Source: an archaeon
GTDB taxonomy: Archaea > Asgardarchaeota > Heimdallarchaeia > Heimdallarchaeales > Heimdallarchaeaceae
Direction of reading: 5' to 3'
NCBI GenBank assembly: GCA_030631995.1
Contig: DAOVKB010000001.1
Location: forward strand, 1,136 to 65,135
Length of the DNA: 64,000 bases
The notes under the pieces were generated by a model. That model saw only the letters and a list, made by a program, of their open reading frames with translations, did not search any database and had not been told where the DNA came from. Both the position numbers and the translations under genes were made by a program. Below, in pieces: positions 48,289 through 57,233 of the stretch (position 1 is its first letter; every line of letters begins with the position of its first letter).

Positions 48289-48975
48289 ATGGTAAAAGTT
48301 ATCTTTCCTGTAATTATCTTAAATTTTAAAAACTATATTCAATCGTTAGGAGAAAATGGTTTAAAGCTAGCGAAGATCGCTGAAAAAGTCGCAAAAGAAA
48401 CTAGTACAGAGATTATTGTTTGTCCTCAAACTACAGATATTAGACTAATATCAAAATCTGTAGAAATACCAGTCTTTTCTCAACATGTTGATGCTAATGA
48501 ACCCGGTAGCTTCACAGGGAACAACTTGATTGAAGCTGTTATCGAAAGCGGAGCTTCTGGAACGCTTGTTAATCATTCAGAGCATAGATTAACCTTGGAC
48601 AAAATTGAAGGAATAATTAAGCGTGCAAAGAATCTAGATTTCATGACTTGTGTTTGCTCAAACAATCTTCAAGTTAGTCGAGCTGTAGCAGCGTTATCTC
48701 CAGAAGCTTGTGCAATGGAACCTCCAGAATTAATTGGAAGTGGTGTATCTGTTACAACAAAACCAGAATTAATACAAAAAACAATAGCAGCTATACTTGA
48801 GACGAATCCAAGTGTAAAACCTCTGGTTGGTGCGGGTGTTTCAACTGCAGAAGATGTTTCAGAAGCTATAAAACTTGGTTCGAAAGGAGTATTGTTAGCT
48901 TCTGGATTTGTTAAATCAAAAGAACCGCAGAAAGTTTTATTTGAAATGGCAAACGCTCTTTTGAGAAATAATTAG
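48289..48975 (+). CDS. tpiA: Triosephosphate isomerase (archaeal short form)
   Basis: ~228 aa; NHSEHRL catalytic His region, EPPELIGSG (Glu) and C-terminal phosphate-binding GAGVST/LASGF loops. Confidence 0.8.
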   Translation: MVKVIFPVIILNFKNYIQSLGENGLKLAKIAEKVAKETSTEIIVCPQTTDIRLISKSVEIPVFSQHVDANEPGSFTGNNLIEAVIESGASGTLVNHSEHRLTLDKIEGIIKRAKNLDFMTCVCSNNLQVSRAVAALSPEACAMEPPELIGSGVSVTTKPELIQKTIAAILETNPSVKPLVGAGVSTAEDVSEAIKLGSKGVLLASGFVKSKEPQKVLFEMANALLRNN

Positions 48976-49000
48976 AGGAAGAGATTTATTAAAGAAAATT

Positions 49001-49534
49001 CTACTCAAGTTTCTTCCACATATTTTTTTCTGCCTGTTTAATTTGAGTCAAGATCCCAGCTTCTTCCATCTTCTCCAAGGTTTTGATGAATCCTTCCTTC
49101 GATAAAGGAGGATTTCCTTGTTTCAATGCTGCAAATTGACATGAAGCAAAAATAGCATCTTCGTACATGAATTTTGCAGATCCAAAAGATTCTAAAATTA
49201 GGTCTTGGTTAGGTATATCTTGATCTATCGCTTTTGCTTTAGGTGCAGCTTGTGGCTCTGCTTTAGGTGCAGCTTGTGACTCTGCTTTAGGTGCAGCTTG
49301 TGACTCTGCTTTGGGAGCAACTTTTTCTTCCTTCCCTGTTTTTGAAATTATTTGTTCCGCTATCAAATCACTTAAGCTTTTTCCCTCAGTTTTTTCTCCA
49401 AATCCATATAATTCAGCTAACCAATATGAAGCATGTGAAATAAAAACTTCTACAGATTCAAAATTACCTTCGTCAACTAATTCTTGGAGATAGTCTAAAA
49501 GACCTTCTGGTATGTTTATTTCAAGAGTTTTCAT
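49001..49534 (-). CDS. Hypothetical protein with (AAPKAESQ)n octapeptide tandem repeats
   Basis: Structured N-terminal ~50 aa, central repeats APKAESQAAPKAESQAAPKAEPQAAPKA, C-terminal ~70-aa domain. Confidence 0.4.
   Translation of the reverse strand: MKTLEINIPEGLLDYLQELVDEGNFESVEVFISHASYWLAELYGFGEKTEGKSLSDLIAEQIISKTGKEEKVAPKAESQAAPKAESQAAPKAEPQAAPKAKAIDQDIPNQDLILESFGSAKFMYEDAIFASCQFAALKQGNPPLSKEGFIKTLEKMEEAGILTQIKQAEKNMWKKLE
49236..49313. repeat. 24-bp direct tandem repeat x3.3 (coding; AAPKAESQ repeats)
   Basis: gctttaggtgcagcttgtg[g/a]ctct repeated head-to-tail three times plus a partial copy. Confidence 0.8.
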
Positions 49535-49732
49535 CCGTATAACTCCTTTATTCTAATTACTAAATAAAAGAGATACATTTAATATTTGTGATAATTTTTT
49601 TTCAGATTAACGGCGTCCTATAAGGTTTTCTATCCTATGTGTTGACACATCTAAGCCGTCTCAATCAGTCATTCGCCAAAAGAGAAGTAGCAAATATTTA
49701 GTTAAATTTTTCTATTGTGAGATGTTAAAAAA

Positions 49733-49903
49733 TTAAGTTGATGCTTTTCGTCCTCTTTTATATGTAGTAAAACCACATTTACCACAAGTTTGACGATCTT
49801 TGTGTTCAGCCATATATACCGAATCTCCACAGCGTTCGCATACCTTCTTTTTTCTCACAATCTTGCCATCTTTGATTTCGTATCTTTTATGTACAGAACT
49901 CAT
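49733..49903 (-). CDS. rps27ae: Ribosomal protein S27ae (eS31) zinc-ribbon protein; missed by the ORF track (<60 aa)
   Basis: Manual translation of the minus strand gives MSSVHKRYEIKDGKIVRKKKVCERCGDSVYMAEHKDRQTCGKCGFTTYKRGRKAST*. C4 zinc ribbon (CxxC...CxxC). Directly downstream of rps24e as in other archaea. Confidence 0.7.
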   Translation of the reverse strand: MSSVHKRYEIKDGKIVRKKKVCERCGDSVYMAEHKDRQTCGKCGFTTYKRGRKAST

Positions 49904-49915
49904 TTTCTCACCAAG

Positions 49916-50218
49916 TTACTCTTGTTTTTCTTCTTTTCCTATCCCAGATCGTTTGAGTAAATATTCTCTTTCGACAGCTTTTGCCCTTTCAGCACTTTCG
50001 TAAGCATGAACTAGAGCTGTGCTTACTCCCATACCATATTTTGCTTCCAATTTAATCAGAACTACTTGATTTCTTTCTTTATTTAATAAAGCTGATATTC
50101 TATTTAGAAAATCATCTCGTTTTGGAACAGCTTCCCCATGGTGTTCTACTTGAACTTCAATTTCTGTTCTATCCAGTAGCTTATTTTCAGTTTTCTTAAC
50201 TATATCAATTTTCATCAA
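49916..50218 (-). CDS. rps24e: Ribosomal protein S24e
   Basis: KKTENKLLDRTEIEVQVEHHGEAVPKRDD... typical S24e; 100 aa. Confidence 0.85.
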   Translation of the reverse strand: MMKIDIVKKTENKLLDRTEIEVQVEHHGEAVPKRDDFLNRISALLNKERNQVVLIKLEAKYGMGVSTALVHAYESAERAKAVEREYLLKRSGIGKEEKQE

Positions 50219-50756
50219 CTTTCACCATTCTAAGTAGTAGTTGTTTTACTTTTTGCTTCATTTTTTTAGTGACCGTCACTAATACTACACCTTCATTAGG
50301 TTGCCCATATAAGACTTTTGAATTGTAAGGTGCTTCTAATATCGCTGGTAGCACCAGCAAATCCTCTTCTCCTGTTATTTTTATAATGATTTTGTTTTCA
50401 TCCTTTTTTAATGCAAAACTAATTTTGTTCCAGGCTGCTTGTGTAATCGATTCTGCGGGATTCTCTGCTACTTCTTGCTCGAAAAGAGAATAATCTTGTT
50501 TCTCTATTTTTTTTCTCTGTACTTGTTCATCAATTATTGCTAAATCTGGAACAATAGATCCGTTTAGAAGAGTTTCAGTAATCACATCACCTACAGTTAT
50601 TATCTTTGGTATCGATTCATCTTTGGATATCTGATGAATGATAGTTTCAATATCTTTTTTTTCGCAAAAAAGTTCATCTAAAGGTTTTTTGAAATGTTTT
50701 CTTTGATCTTCAGGCAGAACATAATTCTTATTGCCTTCAAAACCCAAATTTTTCAC
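50205..50756 (-). CDS. DUF359 / GTP-dependent dephospho-CoA kinase (archaeal DPCK)
   Basis: VGDVITETLL...PDLAIIDEQ...NPAESI...GEEDLLVLPAIL...VLYGQPNEGVVLV motifs; conserved position between spt4 and rps24e. Confidence 0.65.
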   Translation of the reverse strand: MKNLGFEGNKNYVLPEDQRKHFKKPLDELFCEKKDIETIIHQISKDESIPKIITVGDVITETLLNGSIVPDLAIIDEQVQRKKIEKQDYSLFEQEVAENPAESITQAAWNKISFALKKDENKIIIKITGEEDLLVLPAILEAPYNSKVLYGQPNEGVVLVTVTKKMKQKVKQLLLRMVKVDEN

Positions 50757-50941
50757 CGAACGCGTAGAGCATAATGGCCCTTATTGCTTATTTTCATTCT
50801 TTTTGCTACATCGCTGTTTTCTGGATTTAAAATAAAAACTTCACCAGTATATTCAGAAGACAAATCTTGTGTTTTGCAGTTTGGACACATATTAGCTGTT
50901 TTTTCTACAATAAGATGACAAATTTTACAAGCTTTTGACAT
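50753..50941 (-). CDS. spt4: Transcription elongation factor Spt4 (RpoE'')
   Basis: 62 aa; MSKACKICHLI...CPNCKT zinc ribbon and C-terminal GHYALRV. Confidence 0.75.
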   Translation of the reverse strand: MSKACKICHLIVEKTANMCPNCKTQDLSSEYTGEVFILNPENSDVAKRMKISNKGHYALRVR

Positions 50942-51516
50942 TAGGATGCCTCCTTCGCTGAAGTTTTAGATTTACTAAGATCATCTTTCCATTCATCTAT
51001 CCATTCAAAAGCACCCAAAGAATTCTGACGCATGGTTAACCCAACTCTTATTGCAGATTTGCCAATACTGACAGCGATTACTCTTGCACGAACTCGTGTA
51101 TTCACAAGTAAATCTCGCTTGGATTTATCTCCTCTTAAAACGGCATTCTTAGGGATATATCTGAAGTAATCGTCAGCTATTTGAGAAACGTGACAAAGTG
51201 CGTCTATTGTACCTATCCTAATGAAAGCACCAAAATCAACACATTCCACTACTTCTCCTGTTACTACTTCACCTATCTCAGGAAGATAACATAATAATTC
51301 AAAATCTGTTTCATAATAGGCACCACCATCCCCCGAGATTAGTTTTCCCTGATAGATTTTGTTAATATCAGTAACAGCGACGATGAAACCTAAATCTGGA
51401 TCGATTTTCCCCTCGAAACTCTGTCTAGCGATTTCTGCTAGAACTTGGGAAAGATTTTCATCAAATTTGTTGGGTGGAACCCTTAATGTATCCCTAACTT
51501 TTACTGTATAATACAC
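50941..51516 (-). CDS. rpo7: RNA polymerase subunit Rpo7 (RpoE')
   Basis: MYYTVKVRDTLRVPPNKF N-terminus, S1-like C-domain; leads the rpo7-spt4-DUF359-S24e-S27ae cluster. Confidence 0.8.
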   Translation of the reverse strand: MYYTVKVRDTLRVPPNKFDENLSQVLAEIARQSFEGKIDPDLGFIVAVTDINKIYQGKLISGDGGAYYETDFELLCYLPEIGEVVTGEVVECVDFGAFIRIGTIDALCHVSQIADDYFRYIPKNAVLRGDKSKRDLLVNTRVRARVIAVSIGKSAIRVGLTMRQNSLGAFEWIDEWKDDLSKSKTSAKEAS

Positions 51517-51775
51517 GATGATATCATCTCACAAATTTCTACATTGCTGGTTCTGTCCTATTATTTTTAAACATACTTATAGCAAATATTTTCTAAATAT
51601 CTTAGGAGATAGGAACGATTTCAATGTTTTCAAATTACAGCATTTAGTAAATCAGCTGAACACAAAGTTCTTGAGACATGAAAAAACTCAATAAATTATT
51701 ATTAATAAAGGAACTTAAAAACCTCATAGTAAGAACACTTACATAGTCAGTATTATTATTCGTAGATGAGAGATA

Positions 51776-53089
51776 ATGAGTGAAAAAAAGCCCTCTGCAG
51801 TAGAGGAAAAAACATCTTCAACTGAAAAAAGTAAAAAAACCACAGAAGATAATATTATTCGTCAACCTGTTGTCAATATTGGAACAATTGGACATGTTGA
51901 TAATGGAAAATCAACATTAGTACAAGCACTAACAGGAAAGTTTCCTGATGATCATTCTGAGGAATTAAAAAGAGGAATTTCTATCAGACTTGGATACGCT
52001 GACACTGAATTCCGTAAATGTCCTAAATGTCCAGAACCTGAAGCATATACCATAGAGAAAACATGTCAAAAATGTGGTACACCTTCAGAATATCTTAGGA
52101 GGGTTTCATTTGTTGATTGTCCAGGACACGAAGTTTTAATGGCAACTCTACTCTCGGGTGCAACTTTAATGAATGGTGCAATACTTCTGATTGCAGCAAA
52201 TTCTAGATGTCCCCAGCCACAAACAAGAGAGCATCTTGCAGCAATGGAGATTTTGAAAATCCCTAATATCGTAATAGCTCAGAACAAGATTGAACTCGTA
52301 ACAGAAGAAGAAGCTAAAAGGAATTATAAAGAGATACAGGATTTCATTAAAGGTACTATTGCAGAAAATGCACCCATTGTACCGATTAGTGCTATGCATA
52401 AAGCTAATTTAGATGTTTTAATTTGTGAGATAGAAAAAAATATTCCAACACCTGAATTTGATAAAGAAAGTCCCTTAGAAATGCATGTTGCTAGATCTTT
52501 TGACATAAATAGACCAGGTACTAAACCTGATAAGTTGAAAGGAGGAGCCTTGGGTGGTACAATTATCAGAGGGCAAATAAATGTGGGTGATGAGATTGAG
52601 ATTGTTCCTGGTGTCTCTATAAAAAAAGGGAATAAAACAGTCTATTCACCAATTACAACAAAAGCTGTTAGTATATCGATAGGTGAACAAGGACTTGTAA
52701 AAAGTGCTCATTCTGGAGGATTAGTAGGATTAGGAACAGAATTAGATCCTTCATTAGTTAAAGCAGATAAAATGTCAGGTAATATAATTACAACACCAGG
52801 AAATGCACCGCCTATCAGAATCGATCTTGATCTCTCTGTTCATCTAATGGAACATGTTGTAGGTTCAGAAGAGATAACAAAGGTTCAACCTTTAGCTCAA
52901 GGAGAGACATTGATGTTGAATGTTGGCACAGCTAAAACAGCAGGTGTCATTACAGAGATCAGAGGGGGAAAGGCAAAGATAAGATTAAGTCGAGAAGTAG
53001 CAGCACCTACAAATAGTAAAATCGCCATATCTAGGAAGATTGCAGGTAGATTCCGTTTAATAGGAGTCGGTGAAATCTTAGAAAATTAA
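51776..53089 (+). CDS. eif2g: Translation initiation factor aIF2 gamma subunit
   Basis: GHVDNGKST G1, zinc knuckle CPKCPEPEAYTIEKTCQKCG, NKIE(L) G4. Extra K/S/E-rich ~25-aa N-terminal extension. Confidence 0.9.
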   Translation: MSEKKPSAVEEKTSSTEKSKKTTEDNIIRQPVVNIGTIGHVDNGKSTLVQALTGKFPDDHSEELKRGISIRLGYADTEFRKCPKCPEPEAYTIEKTCQKCGTPSEYLRRVSFVDCPGHEVLMATLLSGATLMNGAILLIAANSRCPQPQTREHLAAMEILKIPNIVIAQNKIELVTEEEAKRNYKEIQDFIKGTIAENAPIVPISAMHKANLDVLICEIEKNIPTPEFDKESPLEMHVARSFDINRPGTKPDKLKGGALGGTIIRGQINVGDEIEIVPGVSIKKGNKTVYSPITTKAVSISIGEQGLVKSAHSGGLVGLGTELDPSLVKADKMSGNIITTPGNAPPIRIDLDLSVHLMEHVVGSEEITKVQPLAQGETLMLNVGTAKTAGVITEIRGGKAKIRLSREVAAPTNSKIAISRKIAGRFRLIGVGEILEN

Positions 53090-53090
53090 A

Positions 53091-53495
53091 ATGAGGTTTT
53101 GCATGTTAGTTATACTTGATTCTAGCATGTTAATGCTACCTTTAGAAAAGAAAATTAATATTTCTCTCGAGTTAGAAAGAATTCTTCTCATTTCTTTTGA
53201 AATAGTTGTTCCTAAAATTGTTATTTGTGAGCTGGAAAGAATTATGCACGAGGCCTCTCCTTCTACACAAAAAAAAGCGAAACTTGCTTTAGAACTGGCA
53301 AATATATATAGAATTTTGGATTCTAATACAGATGGGCTAGCTGATGATGAAATTGAGAGGTTAGCCATTGAAAACAATTCTATTGTAGCTACCAACGATT
53401 CAGAATTGCGATTAAAACTTAGAGAAAAGGGAATTGCAGTTGTTGCACTACATGGAAAGAATAAACTAGCTTTATTTGGTTACATAAATGGTTAA
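53091..53495 (+). CDS. PIN-domain protein (predicted RNA nuclease)
   Basis: Acidic triad positions ILDSS (D), ICELE (E), ATNDSE (D). Starts 2 nt after the eif2g stop. Confidence 0.6.
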   Translation: MRFCMLVILDSSMLMLPLEKKINISLELERILLISFEIVVPKIVICELERIMHEASPSTQKKAKLALELANIYRILDSNTDGLADDEIERLAIENNSIVATNDSELRLKLREKGIAVVALHGKNKLALFGYING

Positions 53496-53634
53496 TTTAC
53501 TAGTAGATAGTTAGTTGGAAAATGAGGTTATAGCAATAATTTTAATTATACTATAATAACCAATTCTATGCTAGTTATCAGAAATGATAATCAATTGCAT
53601 AAATATCTATTACAAAGATAAAAAGGTCATCTGA

Positions 53635-54198
53635 ATGGAAATAAAAAAACTCTTTCCTGAAATAGAAGAAATAGGAAATGAAGAACTGAAAATAGAAATA
53701 ATTAGAGCTCTTGAAAAAGCGATTAATAAAGGGGGATGGAAAGAAGAAGATCTTCATTTGATTCCTTTTACATTATTAATTCCTGAATTAATGGGGAAAA
53801 ATTCAATTCCAAAAATATCTATAATCATGCATATTCGAGCGGTAACACAAATGTGTTTAGCTACATATGAGAGATACGAGATGCTCGGATTAGGAGATAA
53901 GTTAAATAAAGATGAGTTAATTGCTGGCGGTTTACTACATGATGTTGGTAAATTCATTGAGTATGAAAGGGATGAAACAGGAAAAATCATTCAAACTAAG
54001 GAAGGAAAATACATTCGTCATCCTGCAATGGGATTGGAACTAGTCTCTGAATTTGATTTACCTCTCATTGTACGTCAAGCCATAGTTTTTCACAGCAAAG
54101 AAGGAGATAAAATTCCCAGATTGACAGAAGTAGAAATTATTCATCGTTGTGATTTTCTTTGTTTTGCTCCAGTTAAACAAATATTCGAAGATAAATAA
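53635..54198 (+). CDS. HD-domain phosphohydrolase
   Basis: H...HD motif (GGLLHDVGK) and downstream His/Asp residues. Confidence 0.7.
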   Translation: MEIKKLFPEIEEIGNEELKIEIIRALEKAINKGGWKEEDLHLIPFTLLIPELMGKNSIPKISIIMHIRAVTQMCLATYERYEMLGLGDKLNKDELIAGGLLHDVGKFIEYERDETGKIIQTKEGKYIRHPAMGLELVSEFDLPLIVRQAIVFHSKEGDKIPRLTEVEIIHRCDFLCFAPVKQIFEDK

Positions 54199-54212
54199 GA
54201 AAGGTGTAGATC

Positions 54213-55349
54213 ATGAGTAAGAGATATAAAATTGCAGTACTCCCTGGAGATGGGATAGGAAAAGATGTTACAGATGCAGCAATGAAGGTTCTTGACGCTG
54301 TAGGATTTAGTGAAATAGTAGAATATACTTGGGGAGATATAGGTTGGGAATTCTGGAAAACAGAAGGTAATCCATTACCTGATAGAACGATTGGGTTGTT
54401 AAAACGATCAGATTGTTGTCTATTTTCTGCTATTACTTCAAAACCCAAAGAAGAAGCTCAAAAAGAATTAGCTCCGGAATTACAAGGAAAAGGATTAGTT
54501 TATTCCAGTCCAATAGTAAAACTAAGACAATTGTTCGATTTGTATGTCAATTTACGTCCATGTAAAGCTTATCCTGGTAATCCTCTAAATTTTAGAGATG
54601 ACTTAGATCTTGTAGTTTTTCGTGAGAATACTGAAGGTCTATATGTTGGTATAGAATTCCATCCAGTTCCTGAAGATGTGATGAAAACTTTAGTTGATAA
54701 TCATCCAAAAGCTGCTCGTTTTGCAGAAACAAACCTAGACGATATTGCTATTTCCACACGAATTTTCACCAGAAAAGGTGTAAGAAGAATTCTTAAGGCT
54801 AGTATGGATTATGCAAAAGAGTTTGATTATCCTACTGTGACTGTAGTTGAAAAACCCAATGTAATCAGAGAAACAAGCGGTTTGATGATACGTGAAGCTC
54901 GAAAGCTAATCAATGAATACGAAGGAAAAGAACTTTGGGAAACAAATATAGATGCAATGTGTATGTGGTTGGTTAAAAATCCACAAAATTATGGTGTTTT
55001 AGTTGCCTCCAATATGTTTGGTGATATTGTTTCTGATTTATGTGCTCAACTAGTTGGTGGTCTTGGTTTTGCTTGTTCAGGTAATATTGGAGACAATTTT
55101 GCAGTATTTGAACCCAGCCATGGCTCCGCTCCAAAATATGTAGGTATGAATAAAGTCAATCCTATTGCTCAAATTTTATCAGCAAAGATGATGCTCGATT
55201 GGCTTGGAGAAAAAGAGATGGCCACCAAAGTTGAAGATGCAATAATAGTTGTTATTGCAGAAGGAAAGGTTAGAACATATGATATGGGAGGATCTTCCAC
55301 AACTTCAGAGATGGTAGAGGAAATCTGTGAGAAACTGTTAAACACTTAG
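54213..55349 (+). CDS. Beta-decarboxylating dehydrogenase (3-isopropylmalate / isocitrate / homoisocitrate dehydrogenase family)
   Basis: IAVLPGDGIGKDV N-terminal motif, LYVNLRP, NMFGDIVSD substrate/metal motifs. 378 aa with an internal ~45-aa insertion. Confidence 0.75.
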   Translation: MSKRYKIAVLPGDGIGKDVTDAAMKVLDAVGFSEIVEYTWGDIGWEFWKTEGNPLPDRTIGLLKRSDCCLFSAITSKPKEEAQKELAPELQGKGLVYSSPIVKLRQLFDLYVNLRPCKAYPGNPLNFRDDLDLVVFRENTEGLYVGIEFHPVPEDVMKTLVDNHPKAARFAETNLDDIAISTRIFTRKGVRRILKASMDYAKEFDYPTVTVVEKPNVIRETSGLMIREARKLINEYEGKELWETNIDAMCMWLVKNPQNYGVLVASNMFGDIVSDLCAQLVGGLGFACSGNIGDNFAVFEPSHGSAPKYVGMNKVNPIAQILSAKMMLDWLGEKEMATKVEDAIIVVIAEGKVRTYDMGGSSTTSEMVEEICEKLLNT

Positions 55350-55433
55350 CCAGAGAATAATAAACAATTGCAGAATTGCTTGAATGTAAAAAGGAGAAAT
55401 CATATAGAGATAGCCTTATTACCATCTTTCTAA

Positions 55434-56717
55434 TTGGTGAAATTGAGCGAAATGAAGGCCTTCACATTTATAGAGAAGATAGTTAAATCCCATGCTAATG
55501 TGGCAGAAAAGGAGATTTATCCGGGTAATATTATATGGGTCAATCTTGATCTCGTAACTGCAAGAGATTACGCAGGACCTCAAGTTATAGATCTATTTCA
55601 AGAAAATTACCTAGATGCTCAAACTTTCGATAATGAAAAAATCATTTTTACCCCTGACTGTTATCCCTATGGTAATGACCCCAAGCATGCAATAGATCAA
55701 GAAAAAATAAGAGTATTCGCTAAAAAACACAATATTCGTGTCACCGATTTAGGATCGGGTATTGGTTCTCATCTTCTGTTTCGTAGAGGATTTTCAAAAC
55801 CTGGTGACATAGCTTTTGGAGCTGATAGTCATTATAACATTCTAGGGGCCTTAGGAATTCTTGGGCAGGGAGCAGGAGATGTAATGCTTGCTTTTGCAAT
55901 GAAAACAGGTAAATCTTGGATTAAGATTCCAGAAACGGTAAAAATTGAGTTAAAAGGAGAATACAATTGGCCAACAACTTCAAAAGATTTAGCGTTGTAT
56001 ATCCTAAAACAACTGCATGATTATGGCATCACAGGGCAAGCTGTAGAGTTTTATGGAGATATAATCTCAAAACTAAGCATCGAGGATCGTATAACTCTGT
56101 GCTCATTAATCACTGAAGCTTCAGGATCGATAGGGTTTATTCCTCCCGACGAAGTAACGGCAGAATTCTACAGACAACAAAATATTGAGATAGAATTATT
56201 ATCAGCAGATGAAAATGCAAATTATGTTTCTGAACTTACAATTGATATTCAAGATTTAGGACTATATATTGCATGCCCTCCTCATCCACATAATGTAAAG
56301 CCAATTGAAGAGGTTTTAGGAACGCCAATTAATTCAATAGTAATAGGATCTTGCACAAATGGAACGGCAGCAGATATTCGGGAAGCAGCAAAAATTTTAA
56401 AGAATCAAAAAATTAGTCCTGAAGTACGATTAGGAATAGTTCCAGCAACTCGCGAAGATTTTGTTTTTGCACATAAAGAAAACACCATGACAGCAATTCT
56501 CGATGCGGGAGGTAATTTCTTTGGAGCTGGTTGCTCAACATGTGCCAAAGGACAATATGGTTTAACGGGAGGAGAAACAGCAGTTACTATGACAACAGGT
56601 AACCGTAATACACAGGGAAAAATCGGTCCTGCTGATGTTTATCTAGCTAGTCCTATCGTGGCAGCATCAACAGCAATTGAAGGAAAAATTGCTCTACCTA
56701 AAAAAAGAGATGATTAA
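55434..56717 (+). CDS. Aconitase-family dehydratase large subunit (LeuC/HacA-like)
   Basis: Three cluster cysteines in SCTNG / GCSTCAKGQ-type context; 427 aa as in archaeal LeuC/HacA. Confidence 0.8.
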   Translation: MVKLSEMKAFTFIEKIVKSHANVAEKEIYPGNIIWVNLDLVTARDYAGPQVIDLFQENYLDAQTFDNEKIIFTPDCYPYGNDPKHAIDQEKIRVFAKKHNIRVTDLGSGIGSHLLFRRGFSKPGDIAFGADSHYNILGALGILGQGAGDVMLAFAMKTGKSWIKIPETVKIELKGEYNWPTTSKDLALYILKQLHDYGITGQAVEFYGDIISKLSIEDRITLCSLITEASGSIGFIPPDEVTAEFYRQQNIEIELLSADENANYVSELTIDIQDLGLYIACPPHPHNVKPIEEVLGTPINSIVIGSCTNGTAADIREAAKILKNQKISPEVRLGIVPATREDFVFAHKENTMTAILDAGGNFFGAGCSTCAKGQYGLTGGETAVTMTTGNRNTQGKIGPADVYLASPIVAASTAIEGKIALPKKRDD

Positions 56718-57224
56718 ATGGGTGTAGAAAAAATAAGTGGAAAGGCAAAATTAGTAAAAGTTGATGATATTGATACAGATCAAATTTTCCATCAATCCCT
56801 ATTAACTATACACGATCCACAAGAAATCAAGCCACATATTTTTGGTAATTTGGTAGGTTATGAGAATTTTGCGAAGGAGAATCATGAAAACAAGATTCTA
56901 GTTGTTGGGAAAAATTTTGGAAAGGGCTCTACTAGACAACAGGCTGTAACTGGTTTTCTTGCACATAAAATCAAAGCCATCATTGGTGAGTCTTTTGGTC
57001 CGATTTACTATAGTAATGCTGTAAATTCAGGATTGTTACTTGTTGAAGTTCCTGGTATTTTCGAATTCTTAATTGATGATTTTGATGTTTTAGAAATTGA
57101 TGTTGAGAAATCTACAATCTTGAATGTTGACAAGGGAAGCGAGATAAAATGCATTCCAATTCCAAAACCTGCTTTGGATATTATGGAGGCAGGGGGGTTA
57201 TTGAAATTAGGGGACAAGATGTGA
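56718..57224 (+). CDS. Aconitase-family dehydratase small subunit (LeuD/HacB-like)
   Basis: 168 aa; GKNFGKGSTRQQA (GxNFGCGSSRE-type) swivel-domain motif; starts 1 nt after the large-subunit stop. Confidence 0.8.
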   Translation: MGVEKISGKAKLVKVDDIDTDQIFHQSLLTIHDPQEIKPHIFGNLVGYENFAKENHENKILVVGKNFGKGSTRQQAVTGFLAHKIKAIIGESFGPIYYSNAVNSGLLLVEVPGIFEFLIDDFDVLEIDVEKSTILNVDKGSEIKCIPIPKPALDIMEAGGLLKLGDKM

Positions 57225-57233
57225 GGGTATGAA

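Noticed and set aside
53590-53634. AUGAUA ... CUGA words just upstream of the HD-domain gene, considered as a second C/D box sRNA
   Set aside because: Only C- and D-like words are present, with no C'/D' and no terminal stem, and the D-like word abuts the start codon. More likely ordinary 5' UTR.
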